Positions 55,019 through 64,000 of a DNA stretch of 64,000 nt are shown here, piece after piece. Both the position numbers and the translations under genes were made by a program. Source of the stretch: Anaerolineae bacterium (GTDB taxonomy: Bacteria > Chloroflexota > Anaerolineae > UBA1429); contig JBMNFN010000001.1 of assembly GCA_050949345.1 (NCBI GenBank), forward strand, positions 1,571,602 to 1,635,601, read 5' to 3'. The notes beneath the pieces are model-generated. The model saw only the letters and a list, made by a program, of their open reading frames with translations. It had not been told where the DNA came from and searched no databases. Position 1 is the first letter of the stretch. Each line of letters starts with the position of its first letter.

Positions 55019-57580
55019 TCAGGCCCACCTTACCAAACCAGGCAAATGCTCCGTGTGCAGATTCGCGTGGCGCGGCAGCACACGCACGGTATAGCCGTTC
55101 AGGCCGGTAGCATCAAAGCGTGTCTGCAGCTCGTAGCGGTGCGCGCCATCCTGCTCCTGCCTGACGTATTGCATCTCTTCCGCACGCGAATCGGTGATGT
55201 CGCCGCTGGCATCGGCCACACCCAGACAAACCTGCACCGTGACGTCATCCGGCTGTAGAGCGCCAAGCCGCACGTGCGCCGTAAACGATACCTCTTCTCG
55301 CACCGTGACGCCATCTCGCGCAGTGGAGTTGATATCGACAATGGCGATCTGTGGCCACTCGGCGACGACGCGATTCAGCCAACTGGCCAGCTCGCGCACC
55401 GCGGCGGCATTATCTGCCCGCAGGCGCTGGCTGCGTTCGATAGCCGGCCGATACATCTCGCCCGAGTACTCTTGCAGCATCCGTTCGGTATTGAAACGAG
55501 GCCCCACGCTGGCCATGGAGCGCTTGGCCTTTTGCAGCCAGCCATGGGGGATACCATTGGTGCCGTGATCGTAAAACAGAGGGACGATGTCCTTTTCCAG
55601 CAGATCATAGAGCGCCTCAGCCTCAACCTGGTCGCCATAGGCTTCGTCGCGATAGGACTCACCGTTGCCGATGCGCCACCCGATCTCGGAGGAGTAGCCC
55701 TCCCACCACCACCCATCAAAGGAACTGACATGGATGGCCCCGTTCATGCAGGCCTTCATGCCACTGGTGCCACTGGCCTCCTGCCCCCAGCGAGGGGTGT
55801 TCAACCACACGTCGGCCCCCTGCACCAGATACCGCGCTACGGCCATGTCATAGTCTTCGATAAAGACGATGCGGTTCCGCAGATCCGGACGACGCATGGT
55901 ATGGATCAGCGACCGAATCAGCTCCTTGGCCGGAGAGTCTTCAGGATGCGCCTTGCCGGCGAATACAATCTGCACAGGCTTGCCCGGAGCATTCAGAATG
56001 CGCGAAAGGCGCTCTGGATCCTGGAACAACAAGAGAGCACGCTTGTAGGTGGCAAAGCGTCGCGCAAAGGCGATGGTCAAGGCGTCCGGCTCTAACACGT
56101 TGCGCACATTGTCCACTTCGGTTTGGCTGGCCCCGCGGCGCTGCATTTGCATCACCACCCGTTCGCGCGCCATGCTCACCAGGCGCTCGCGCCCCCTTTG
56201 GTGGGCCTGCCACAGCTCACCATCGGGGATGCGCTCAACGCGCTGCCACAGGCCAGTATCCGCCGGATTATCCAGCCAACGAGGGCCAATGTACCGCAGC
56301 AGAAGATTGGAGATGTCCTCCGAAACCCATGTGCGGGGGTGAACACCGTTGGTTACGGCGGTGATGGGCACCTCGGCAACGGGCGTTTCTGGCCACAGGT
56401 TCTGCCACATGCGACGGGCCACCTGGCCGTGCAGCTGGCTGACGCCATTGGCCCTGGCAGAGAGGGACAGAGCCAGCACCGCCATGGAAAAGGGCGTGTC
56501 TGCGGGGCTCTCAGGGGCCCTGCCCAAAGCCATAAAGTCATCGCGCCCGATCCCCAACTCTTGCATCAGAGAGCCGAGATAACGATCGATCAAGTAGGGA
56601 GGAAAGAGGTCAATGCCAGCGGGCACAGGGGTGTGAGTGGTGAACACAGAGCCGGCCGCGGCCAGCAACCTGGCCTCATCCAGGCTCAACTGCTGCTCCT
56701 GCATCATGGTGCGGATGCGTTCCAGCCCCAGAAAGGCCGAATGTCCCTCGTTCATGTGGCACACGGCGGGCTCGATACCCAGCGCCGCCAATACCCGCAG
56801 GCCACCGATGCCCAGCACCAGCTCTTGACGAATGCGCATGTCGAGATCGCCCGAGTACAGCTTGCTGGTGATCTGACGATCCTCAGGCCAGTTGGTCGGG
56901 ATATTGGTATCCAGCATGTAAAGAGGCACTCGGCCCACCTGGATGCGCCAGGCTTGGACAAAGACCTCTCGGTCAGGAAAGCGCAGGGAGATCATCAATG
57001 GTGCGCCCGTCGCATCTCGCTCCAGCTGCACAGGCATGTTGTGAAAGTCGTTGGCCGGATAGAGCTCCTGCTGCCAGCCATCGGCATTCAAATACTGCCT
57101 GAAATACCCTTCCTGATACAACAGGCCGACGCCCACCAGGGGCATAGCCAGATCGCTGGCCGTCTTCATGTGGTCCCCGGAGAGGACGCCCAGACCGCCA
57201 GAGTAGATCGGCAACGCCTCTGAGAGCCCATACTCCATGGAAAAGTAGGCTACACAGGGGGGCTTGTCCCCCTGAAAGGCCGGTACCTCCCAGCGGATAG
57301 GCACAGACATGTAATCGCAAAGATCACGATGTACCCGATCCATGTGGGAGAGAAAGCCCTCATCCTGGCTCAGCTCGTCCAGACGCTGCTGGCTGATGCG
57401 CCCGATGGTGCTGACGGGGTTATGGCGCACTTCTTCGAACAGGTCCGCATCCAGACGTCGAAACAGGTCCACAGCGTCGCGGTTCCACGACCACCAGAGA
57501 TTATTCGCAATCTCCAGGAGGGGCGCCAGGCGAGGCGGCACCGCAGGCACAATGTTGATGGTGCGATAGGATCGAAGCAT
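55019..57580 (-). CDS. glgP: Alpha-glucan (glycogen/maltodextrin) phosphorylase
   Basis: NLWWSW, YSGGLG.L.GD, HMNEGH, FTTHTPVPAG, ARRFATYKR, EASGTSGMK (PLP lysine). Confidence 0.95.
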   Translation of the reverse strand: MLRSYRTINIVPAVPPRLAPLLEIANNLWWSWNRDAVDLFRRLDADLFEEVRHNPVSTIGRISQQRLDELSQDEGFLSHMDRVHRDLCDYMSVPIRWEVPAFQGDKPPCVAYFSMEYGLSEALPIYSGGLGVLSGDHMKTASDLAMPLVGVGLLYQEGYFRQYLNADGWQQELYPANDFHNMPVQLERDATGAPLMISLRFPDREVFVQAWRIQVGRVPLYMLDTNIPTNWPEDRQITSKLYSGDLDMRIRQELVLGIGGLRVLAALGIEPAVCHMNEGHSAFLGLERIRTMMQEQQLSLDEARLLAAAGSVFTTHTPVPAGIDLFPPYLIDRYLGSLMQELGIGRDDFMALGRAPESPADTPFSMAVLALSLSARANGVSQLHGQVARRMWQNLWPETPVAEVPITAVTNGVHPRTWVSEDISNLLLRYIGPRWLDNPADTGLWQRVERIPDGELWQAHQRGRERLVSMARERVVMQMQRRGASQTEVDNVRNVLEPDALTIAFARRFATYKRALLLFQDPERLSRILNAPGKPVQIVFAGKAHPEDSPAKELIRSLIHTMRRPDLRNRIVFIEDYDMAVARYLVQGADVWLNTPRWGQEASGTSGMKACMNGAIHVSSFDGWWWEGYSSEIGWRIGNGESYRDEAYGDQVEAEALYDLLEKDIVPLFYDHGTNGIPHGWLQKAKRSMASVGPRFNTERMLQEYSGEMYRPAIERSQRLRADNAAAVRELASWLNRVVAEWPQIAIVDINSTARDGVTVREEVSFTAHVRLGALQPDDVTVQVCLGVADASGDITDSRAEEMQYVRQEQDGAHRYELQTRFDATGLNGYTVRVLPRHANLHTEHLPGLVRWA

Positions 57581-57607
57581 TCACCACTCCCCGGTATGTT
57601 GCCGGGC

Positions 57608-57636
57608 ATTATAGCGGGGCAGCAGGGTTGTATCAA
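57608..57636 (-). promoter_or_regulatory. Sigma70-type promoter for glgP
   Basis: Minus strand TTGATA(57636-57631)-17-TATAAT(57613-57608). Confidence 0.65.
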
Positions 57637-57686
57637 CTCGCCGCCCCGCAGGCTCTATCGTCAGCCGAACCCGGCCGCCGTCCAAA

Positions 57687-58394
57687 TCAGGTAGTTTCCA
57701 TCTCGGCGGCAAAACTCTTCCACACAGCATCGGCCTCGGCCTGGGTCATGAGACCCGCCGCCTGCAACACGCGGGCAAGCACGAGAGGTTCCGGGGCCGC
57801 CCCCTCAAAGAAGGTGTCTTCGTTGATGACCGTGCGCGGCACGCCCTGCACCCGATACTTGTTCCCCATCTGTGGGAACTCGACGGATTCGATCATGTCA
57901 GCGGTAATCAGCTCACTTGCCATGGCCAGCATGTGCGCCGCAGATACGGCAGCAGGGCAGTATGGGCAGGTGGGCGTCACGAATACCTGCATGTGGATCG
58001 GCTCGGTAAGCCCCTTGAGCTTTTCCAGAGTTTCCTCAGAGAGGCCGTGCTCCTGGCGGGATACCGCGATGATATCCTCAATGAGTGTGTTGAACTCGTA
58101 CCCGGAGGGGATGCCGTAGAAGCGGATGCCATAGTCCCGCTCGCCCATCACCACCGTGGCGGGGATGCGCTTGATGCCGTACTGCTTGGCCACCTCGCCG
58201 TCAGTAATAAAGTTGTAGACCTTCAGGGTGATCTTGTCCGAGAGCTCGGCGACTTCTTTGAGCAGCTGCTGCGTCTCTCGACAGAACTGGCAGGCCAGCG
58301 TTTGCGTAAAGAGCAGGAGCCTGACCGGTCCCTCGAGCGTATGGTTCAGGTGATTCTGCAGAAACTCGCGATCTTTGTTGCTCAGCATTGCCAT
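57687..58394 (-). CDS. Protein disulfide oxidoreductase (two thioredoxin folds, PDO/AhpF N-terminal-like)
   Basis: CQFC and CPYC motifs, GIPSGYEF, VQGVP. Confidence 0.9.
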   Translation of the reverse strand: MAMLSNKDREFLQNHLNHTLEGPVRLLLFTQTLACQFCRETQQLLKEVAELSDKITLKVYNFITDGEVAKQYGIKRIPATVVMGERDYGIRFYGIPSGYEFNTLIEDIIAVSRQEHGLSEETLEKLKGLTEPIHMQVFVTPTCPYCPAAVSAAHMLAMASELITADMIESVEFPQMGNKYRVQGVPRTVINEDTFFEGAAPEPLVLARVLQAAGLMTQAEADAVWKSFAAEMETT

Positions 58395-58405
58395 TGCGAT
58401 GTCTC

Positions 58406-60139
58406 CTAGCGCTCGATGGCGGCTGCCCTGGTGTTGATGTCATAAAAGATCTGAGGATCGAACTTGGGTCTTCGATCATAAGTGTACAGACCGTTGACCT
58501 CTTGTTCGATGTCGTACAGCTGCGTGTAGCAAAAGGCACACATGTTGGGATGGTCCAGCAGCGCATCGGTGAGCGCCTTGTAACGCTGGATAAAGGCCTC
58601 CGGAGAGGTTGGGCGTCCGGATACGCCGCCATAGCCCCAACCTACTTCATCTTGCTGCCCCGGGTTCCACCAGATGCCGCCATACTCGCTCACAAAGTAG
58701 GGCTGGCCCGCATAGGGCGCGTCGCGATCGGGGCGGTTCCTGAAGGGCTCGCCGCCTGAGGCAAAGGCTGCAAAAGCCGCCGTAAAGGTCTCGGGGTTTT
58801 GATCATAGTTGTGGATGTCGTAGATGTCGGTCTCGACGTGCTGATAACCCGAAGTGTCGATGACCGGCCGCGACTGGTCCGCTGCTTTCGTGGCCCGGTA
58901 GACACCGCGGATGACGCCGGCATCCTGGTCAACCTGGGTCTCATTAAAGGGACACCAGCCGACGATGGAAGGATGGCTATAGTCGCGCTCCATCGCCTCC
59001 AGCCACTGTGGTAAGAACACCTCCAGGGCACGGGTGTTGCTGACGTCGAGCCCCCAGTTGGGGAACTCGTCCCAAACCAGATAGCCGAGCCGGTCCGCCC
59101 AGTACAAAAAGCGCGGCTCAAAGAGTTTCTGGTGCAGCCTGGCACCATTAAAGCCAAGGCCTTGAGAGATCAGGATGTCGTTCTGCAGCGCCTGGTCGTC
59201 AGGGGCGGTATAGATGCCATCGGGATAGTAACCCTGATCCAGCACGAGGCGTTGATACAGGGGCTGGTTGTTCAGGAGAATGGCGCGATCCGCCAGCGCT
59301 ACGCTGCGCATGCCAAAGTAGCTGTGTGCCTCATCACGCCAGCCGTTCTCTCCCTCCAGCACCAGATCGAGGTCATACAGAGTGGGACTGGCAGGAGACC
59401 AGAGCTGGGGATCGGGCACGGGCAGCACCATGGTGGCCCGATCTCCCATCCAACGCACCTCACCGCGGGAAACTACGTCACCACCCAGCGTTGCCACGGC
59501 CTGCAAACGTCCCGTTTGCCGCGAGCCTCCCAGTGCCACCTCAATGAGCAGTTGCTGGTTTTCGGGCAGGGGCGTCAGACGAAGAGTCTTGAGAAAAGTC
59601 TCGGGAACGGGCTCCAACCAGACGGTCTGCCAGATACCGGTTGTACGGGTATAGTGACAGCGCCGAGAGGTATAGTCGGGGCACTGCTTTCCCGAGAGCA
59701 CCCAGGGCGAGCGCGTATCGTCCTGCGCATGGATCACGACCACATTCTGGTCACGATGGAGCGCTTCCGTAATATCCATCTGGAAGGGGGTATAGCCCCC
59801 ACGATGAGTGCCCACCAGCTGCCCGTTGACCCAGACCATGGTGTCGTGGTCGCTGGCCCCCACGTGCAGCAGCACCCGACCGGCCTCCCAGTCGGGGCGG
59901 ATGGTGAACTCGCGTCGGTACCACACACCGGCATGAAAGTCTACGTTTCCGATACCCGAGAGGCTGCTCTCGGGGCAAAAGGGCACCAGGATCTCGCCGC
60001 TCAACCGATCAGCGTTCACCAGTCCACGGGCGATGCCGCTCAGCCCGGGATCGAACTCAAACTCCCACACGCCGTTCAGGTTCATCCAGCGGGGACGTTC
60101 CATCTGGGGGCGAGGGTATTCAGGTCGGGGAATCTGCAT
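58406..60139 (-). CDS. Glycoside hydrolase family 2
   Basis: PRPEYPRPQ, LNGVWEF, TGIWQTVWLE, LDQGY, HPSIVGW..FNE, SEYGG. Confidence 0.9.
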   Translation of the reverse strand: MQIPRPEYPRPQMERPRWMNLNGVWEFEFDPGLSGIARGLVNADRLSGEILVPFCPESSLSGIGNVDFHAGVWYRREFTIRPDWEAGRVLLHVGASDHDTMVWVNGQLVGTHRGGYTPFQMDITEALHRDQNVVVIHAQDDTRSPWVLSGKQCPDYTSRRCHYTRTTGIWQTVWLEPVPETFLKTLRLTPLPENQQLLIEVALGGSRQTGRLQAVATLGGDVVSRGEVRWMGDRATMVLPVPDPQLWSPASPTLYDLDLVLEGENGWRDEAHSYFGMRSVALADRAILLNNQPLYQRLVLDQGYYPDGIYTAPDDQALQNDILISQGLGFNGARLHQKLFEPRFLYWADRLGYLVWDEFPNWGLDVSNTRALEVFLPQWLEAMERDYSHPSIVGWCPFNETQVDQDAGVIRGVYRATKAADQSRPVIDTSGYQHVETDIYDIHNYDQNPETFTAAFAAFASGGEPFRNRPDRDAPYAGQPYFVSEYGGIWWNPGQQDEVGWGYGGVSGRPTSPEAFIQRYKALTDALLDHPNMCAFCYTQLYDIEQEVNGLYTYDRRPKFDPQIFYDINTRAAAIER

Positions 60140-60168
60140 GTCGCCTCCTGTGCAGGTCAGTTTGACGC

Positions 60169-60244
60169 ATTGTAGACGCGCGAGACAACAGCGTCAATCG
60201 CCAGCCCCGGAGCGATTGACACCGCTCCACTGGGCCGCTATACT
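60169..60244. promoter_or_regulatory. Divergent sigma70-type promoter pair (GH2 / HAD)
   Basis: Minus strand TTGACG(60197-60192)-17-TACAAT(60174-60169); plus strand TTGACA(60216-60221)-17-TATACT(60239-60244). Confidence 0.72.
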
Positions 60245-60373
60245 TGTACCTACCGATTCGATCATTTTGGGGTTTTTTCTGGTTTTCTGTTACTACTTGG
60301 CAGGGGCAGCCCCCGCTGGCGACCGACGCTGCCAGCGACGGTGGATGGTCCCTGAGGAAATGAGCATACTGTA

Positions 60374-61003
60374 ATGTCCGTCAAGGCAGTTGTTTTTGAC
60401 TGTGGAGGCGTGGTCCTTCGCGACAGTGACCTGGAGCGCTATCGCCGCTGGGAGCGGCGCCTTGGTCTGGAAACCGATACGCTCAAGGCCCGTCTGTACC
60501 AGGGGCCCATATGGAGCGACGCAGAGCTGGGCAAGATCACCGAGGCGGCTTTTTGGTCCGCTACCGGCGAGGTGCTGGGGTTGACGGAGCAAGAAGCGCA
60601 GGCGCTGGGTGAGGATGCCTGGGCCAGCTGGTCGGTTGACCCAGAGGTGCTGGAGCTGATCAAGCGGCTCTGCCAGCGGTATCGCGTGGCCATGCTCAGC
60701 AATGCCACCGACATTCTAGAGCAGCGACTGCGGGACAACTATGCCGTCAACCAGTACTTTGATCCGATCATTAACTCGGCAGTGATCGGCATCGCCAAGC
60801 CTGATCCTGCCATTTATCGCCACTTGTTGGATCGCCTGGCGCTCGAGGCGGGCCAGGTGCTGTTCATCGACGACAAAGCCGAGAACATCGCGGCTGCGGC
60901 CGCCCTCGGGATGCACGTCATCTGGTACGTGAGCTCTGCCGAGCTGGAGCGGCAGCTGACGCCCTACCTGGGTTTGGACGTTTCCTCTTCCACCACGGAC
61001 TGA
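60374..61003 (+). CDS. HAD-superfamily hydrolase (YihX-like)
   Basis: VFDCGGV, LSN, KPD..IY, FIDD. Confidence 0.9.
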   Translation: MSVKAVVFDCGGVVLRDSDLERYRRWERRLGLETDTLKARLYQGPIWSDAELGKITEAAFWSATGEVLGLTEQEAQALGEDAWASWSVDPEVLELIKRLCQRYRVAMLSNATDILEQRLRDNYAVNQYFDPIINSAVIGIAKPDPAIYRHLLDRLALEAGQVLFIDDKAENIAAAAALGMHVIWYVSSAELERQLTPYLGLDVSSSTTD

Positions 61004-61086
61004 CCGCGATCGGAGCGAAGCATGGAAAGCAGACGTTAGATCATCTGTATGGCCTGATTCTCTACCATACTCTTGACGGGAGCGCC

Positions 61087-62766
61087 ATGCTGCATGTTTC
61101 TGATATCTCCAAGCGCTATGGCGACACGCTGCTTTTTGAGCATGTCAACTTTACCATCAACCGCAACGACCACATCGCGCTGATTGGCCCCAACGGAAGT
61201 GGCAAATCTACCCTGTTGCGCATCCTTATTGGCCAGGAGCAGCCCGACAGCGGCAGCGTACGCTATGATATCCCCACCGAGCGGATCGGCTACCTTCCCC
61301 AGGGCCTCCTTCTGCAGGATGACCTGTTGGTAAGCGACCTGCTGCTGGATCCGTCCCGCAGCCAAGAGGCCTGGCTGGCCGAATTGCAACGTCTCGCAGA
61401 GACCCTGGCCGTAGCAGCGGTCCACCAGCGGCCGGCTCTGGAACAGGCGTACGCGGCGGCACTGGAACAATTGTCCAACCCAGCCGTACTTGAAGCCCAC
61501 CAGGTCGACACCATTCTGTCCGGTTTGGGGTTATCGGATATAGCCCAGAACACACCCGTAGGTACGTTAAGCGGGGGACAAAAGACGCGCCTGGGGATGG
61601 CACGCCTGCTGCTGACACAACCGGACATTCTGCTGCTGGACGAGCCCACCAATCATCTTGACATCACGGCTTTGGAGTGGCTGGAGGGTTATCTCGCCAC
61701 CTATCGTGGCGCTACCTTGATCGTCTCACATGACCGTGCCTTTTTGGAGCGCACCTCCAGCACCAGCTTTGTTCTGGGGAACGAACAGCGCACGCTGTCC
61801 GTCTATCCAGGGAGCTACTCGGACTATGTGCTGGCGCGCGAGCGGGAAGAGGCGCAACACTGGCAGAGGTACAACGAGCAACAGGAACGCATCGGCCGGC
61901 TGGAGAGCGCCATTCAGCAATGGAAGGGGCAGGCCAGCCGCATCGAGGGCGAGACGATCAACTTTCACTACCGCAAGCGGGCGAAAAAGGTGGCCCGGCT
62001 GGCCGTCATCCGACAGCGACGGCTCGAACGCCTGCTCAATTCGGAGGAAAGGTTGGACAAGCCCGTTCAAGGATGGCAGGTTCACCTGGAATTTGGCGAG
62101 ACGCAACCCAGCGGACAGGATGTGCTCACTGTGGAGGGACTCGCCAAGTCCTTTGGTGACCGGGTTCTCTTTCAGAACGTGAACCTCCAGCTGCAGCGTG
62201 GTGAGCGTATCGTGCTGGTGGGCCCCAACGGCGCCGGCAAGACGACCTTTTTTCGTTTGATCGTTGGGGATCAGGCGCCTTCCGCCGGCTCCCTGCGGCT
62301 GGGCGCCGGGGTGCGACTGGGTTACTTTGGCCAGGAGCAGGAGACGCTGGAACCCGAGGCGACGCCTCTCGAACTGGTGCAACAACGCGCTGGCCTGGCC
62401 GAAACCGAGGCGCGCAACTTTTTGCACTTTTATCTCTTTGCCGGCGATGATGTGTTCACACCCATCGGGCAGTTGAGCTATGGTGAGCGGGCCCGTCTGG
62501 CGCTGGGCATGTTGGTTCTGGAAGGATGCAATCTGCTCCTCCTGGATGAACCGGTTAACCACTTGGACATCCCTTCCCGGGAGCGATTCGAACAGGCGCT
62601 GGAGCATTACGAGGGCACGGTACTGATGATCGTCCACGATAGGTACCTCATCGAGCGCTTTGCCACAGGTATCTGGGGTCTGGCGCGGGGCACCATCCGG
62701 CGCTACCCGGACCTGCGGCAGGCTCTGGCAGCTGCCGCACCTGCCCACCCTGTTGAGGACGCCTGA
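61087..62766 (+). CDS. ABC-F family ribosome-associated ATPase
   Basis: Two NBDs (GPNGSGKST/LSGGQ/LLLDEPTN; GPNGAGKTT/LSYGE/LLLDEPVN), helical linker, no TM. Confidence 0.92.
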   Translation: MLHVSDISKRYGDTLLFEHVNFTINRNDHIALIGPNGSGKSTLLRILIGQEQPDSGSVRYDIPTERIGYLPQGLLLQDDLLVSDLLLDPSRSQEAWLAELQRLAETLAVAAVHQRPALEQAYAAALEQLSNPAVLEAHQVDTILSGLGLSDIAQNTPVGTLSGGQKTRLGMARLLLTQPDILLLDEPTNHLDITALEWLEGYLATYRGATLIVSHDRAFLERTSSTSFVLGNEQRTLSVYPGSYSDYVLAREREEAQHWQRYNEQQERIGRLESAIQQWKGQASRIEGETINFHYRKRAKKVARLAVIRQRRLERLLNSEERLDKPVQGWQVHLEFGETQPSGQDVLTVEGLAKSFGDRVLFQNVNLQLQRGERIVLVGPNGAGKTTFFRLIVGDQAPSAGSLRLGAGVRLGYFGQEQETLEPEATPLELVQQRAGLAETEARNFLHFYLFAGDDVFTPIGQLSYGERARLALGMLVLEGCNLLLLDEPVNHLDIPSRERFEQALEHYEGTVLMIVHDRYLIERFATGIWGLARGTIRRYPDLRQALAAAAPAHPVEDA

Positions 62767-62792
62767 TCTCTTGCGAGACGAGGAGTAGATCG

Positions 62793-64000
62793 ATGCGAAG
62801 GGCACCGGACGACATTCCTTCACCTTGGATCCTGGAGCCAGAGGTAGAGGAGCTCGACACCCGCGCCATGATCCTGCGCGGCGTTGCGATCGGACTCGCA
62901 GCCGCCATCCTGATCCTCGCAGTGCTGGCAACCAGCAGCATTGCCGTCTATGCGCACTTTGCTCGAGACCTGCCCTCTCCCCAGGAGTTGTACGAGCGCA
63001 CGGCCACTTTCAAGACCACCCGCCTCTATGACCGCAACGGCATGCTGCTGTACGAGATTATCGATCCACTGGGTGGCCGCCGCGTGGTGGTTCCATACAA
63101 AGAGTTTCCTGCCGACTTGGTGAACGCCGCTGTGGCCACCGAAGACAAGACTTTTTTCTCCAATCCGGGCGTCAACCCCGTCTCCATCGTCAAAGCGCTG
63201 GTGCAGAACCTGCGCGAAGGAGAGATTGTTCGGGGGGCCAGCACCATCACCCAACAGGTGGTGAAAAAGGTCTTTTTGTCTCCCGAGCAGACCTACTCCC
63301 GCAAGATCAAAGAGGCGATCCTCGCTACCGAACTCACCCGTCGCTATACCAAGGAAGAGATCCTGCAGGTGTATCTGAATGAATCGTACCTGGGGAACCT
63401 GTCGTATGGTGTGGGCGCGGCCTCTGAGACCTACTTTGGGAAACCCGTGAGCCAGCTCGCACTGCCAGAGAGCGCCCTGCTGGTGGGACTCTTGCAGGCC
63501 CCTTCGCTCTATGATCCCTACGTAAACCCGGATGCAGCCCTCGACCGCCGTGAGATTGTGCTACGCCTGATGCTGGCAGAGGGATACATCACGCTGGAAC
63601 AGTTCGAGAGCGCCTCCACGGCGCCGCTAGGGGTTGTGCCCCGCGAACCTCAGGAGCAGCGCGAGGCACCGCACTGGGTGGACTATGTGCGCACCCAGCT
63701 GGAGGCCGAATTTGGCGCAGAGACGCTCTATCGGGGAGGGTACAACGTGTACACCACCCTGGATCTCAACCTGCAGCACATAGCAGAACAGTCTGCGCGG
63801 GGACACATCGACGAGTTGCGCGCCCGCAACGCCCATAATGCCGCATTGGTGGCCATCGATCCCTCCAACGGCGATATTCTCGCCATGCTGGGCAGCGTGG
63901 ACTTTGACAGTCAAGAGTTCGGGGGTCAGGTCAACGTCGCCACCCAGCCACGCCAGCCCGGCTCAACCATCAAGCCCATCGCTTACCTGGCTGCCTTTGA
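62793..64000 (+). CDS. Class A penicillin-binding protein (transglycosylase/transpeptidase), 3' end runs off the window
   Basis: Not in the ORF track; translated by hand from ATG 62793: TM anchor, LYDRNG, ATEDKTF, GASTITQQ, RKIKE, KEEILQVYLN, RQPGSTIKP. Confidence 0.92.
   Translation, partial: MRRAPDDIPSPWILEPEVEELDTRAMILRGVAIGLAAAILILAVLATSSIAVYAHFARDLPSPQELYERTATFKTTRLYDRNGMLLYEIIDPLGGRRVVVPYKEFPADLVNAAVATEDKTFFSNPGVNPVSIVKALVQNLREGEIVRGASTITQQVVKKVFLSPEQTYSRKIKEAILATELTRRYTKEEILQVYLNESYLGNLSYGVGAASETYFGKPVSQLALPESALLVGLLQAPSLYDPYVNPDAALDRREIVLRLMLAEGYITLEQFESASTAPLGVVPREPQEQREAPHWVDYVRTQLEAEFGAETLYRGGYNVYTTLDLNLQHIAEQSARGHIDELRARNAHNAALVAIDPSNGDILAMLGSVDFDSQEFGGQVNVATQPRQPGSTIKPIAYLAAF

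Noticed and set aside
1-64000. CRISPR arrays, tRNA/rRNA genes, prophage, integrase, known riboswitches
   Set aside because: None recognisable by eye; intergenic gaps are short and no regularly spaced repeats were seen. tRNAscan and Infernal would be needed to exclude small RNAs formally

Overview
64 kb of GC-rich, densely coding bacterial chromosome, probably from a Chloroflexota (Anaerolineae-like) anaerobe. That assignment is inferred from the dnaB-dnaD-tandem dnaC block, MalT/TPR/BTAD regulator, GT-C/glycoside hydrolase pair, DUF4139 protein and Hox-type hydrogenase. Most of the window is housekeeping: gltX, mreBCD-mrdA-rodA, an ECF sigma/anti-sigma operon, sugar genes, ruvB-queH-queA, rdgB, tsaE-tsaB-rimI-surE, dnaB, glgP, a GH2 enzyme, an ABC-F ATPase and a class A PBP. 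I saw no tRNA, rRNA, CRISPR array, transposase or prophage. Best candidate for an undescribed system (26989-31340): a STAND-TPR-wHTH-BTAD activator, an 11-bp-phased direct repeat typical of SARP-type operators, a 47-aa signal-peptide-like precursor (MKKLYF...LVIAGGAPIPW...) and a DUF5317-like membrane protein with two aspartates arranged as in signal peptidase II. Together these suggest a peptide signalling or processing module. Other highlights: a chlD-like gene split by an A9 -1 frameshift site; QueH with an N-terminal IscB-type PLMP/RRXRR-like domain; a HydABCSL-like (possibly electron-bifurcating) [NiFe]-hydrogenase operon with a DRTGG/kinase/PHP cassette and a Rex-like box over its promoter; an EamA-PAP2 fusion; and a possible pseudoknotted leader before ruvB. 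All family calls come from motif recognition by eye; no database searches were run.
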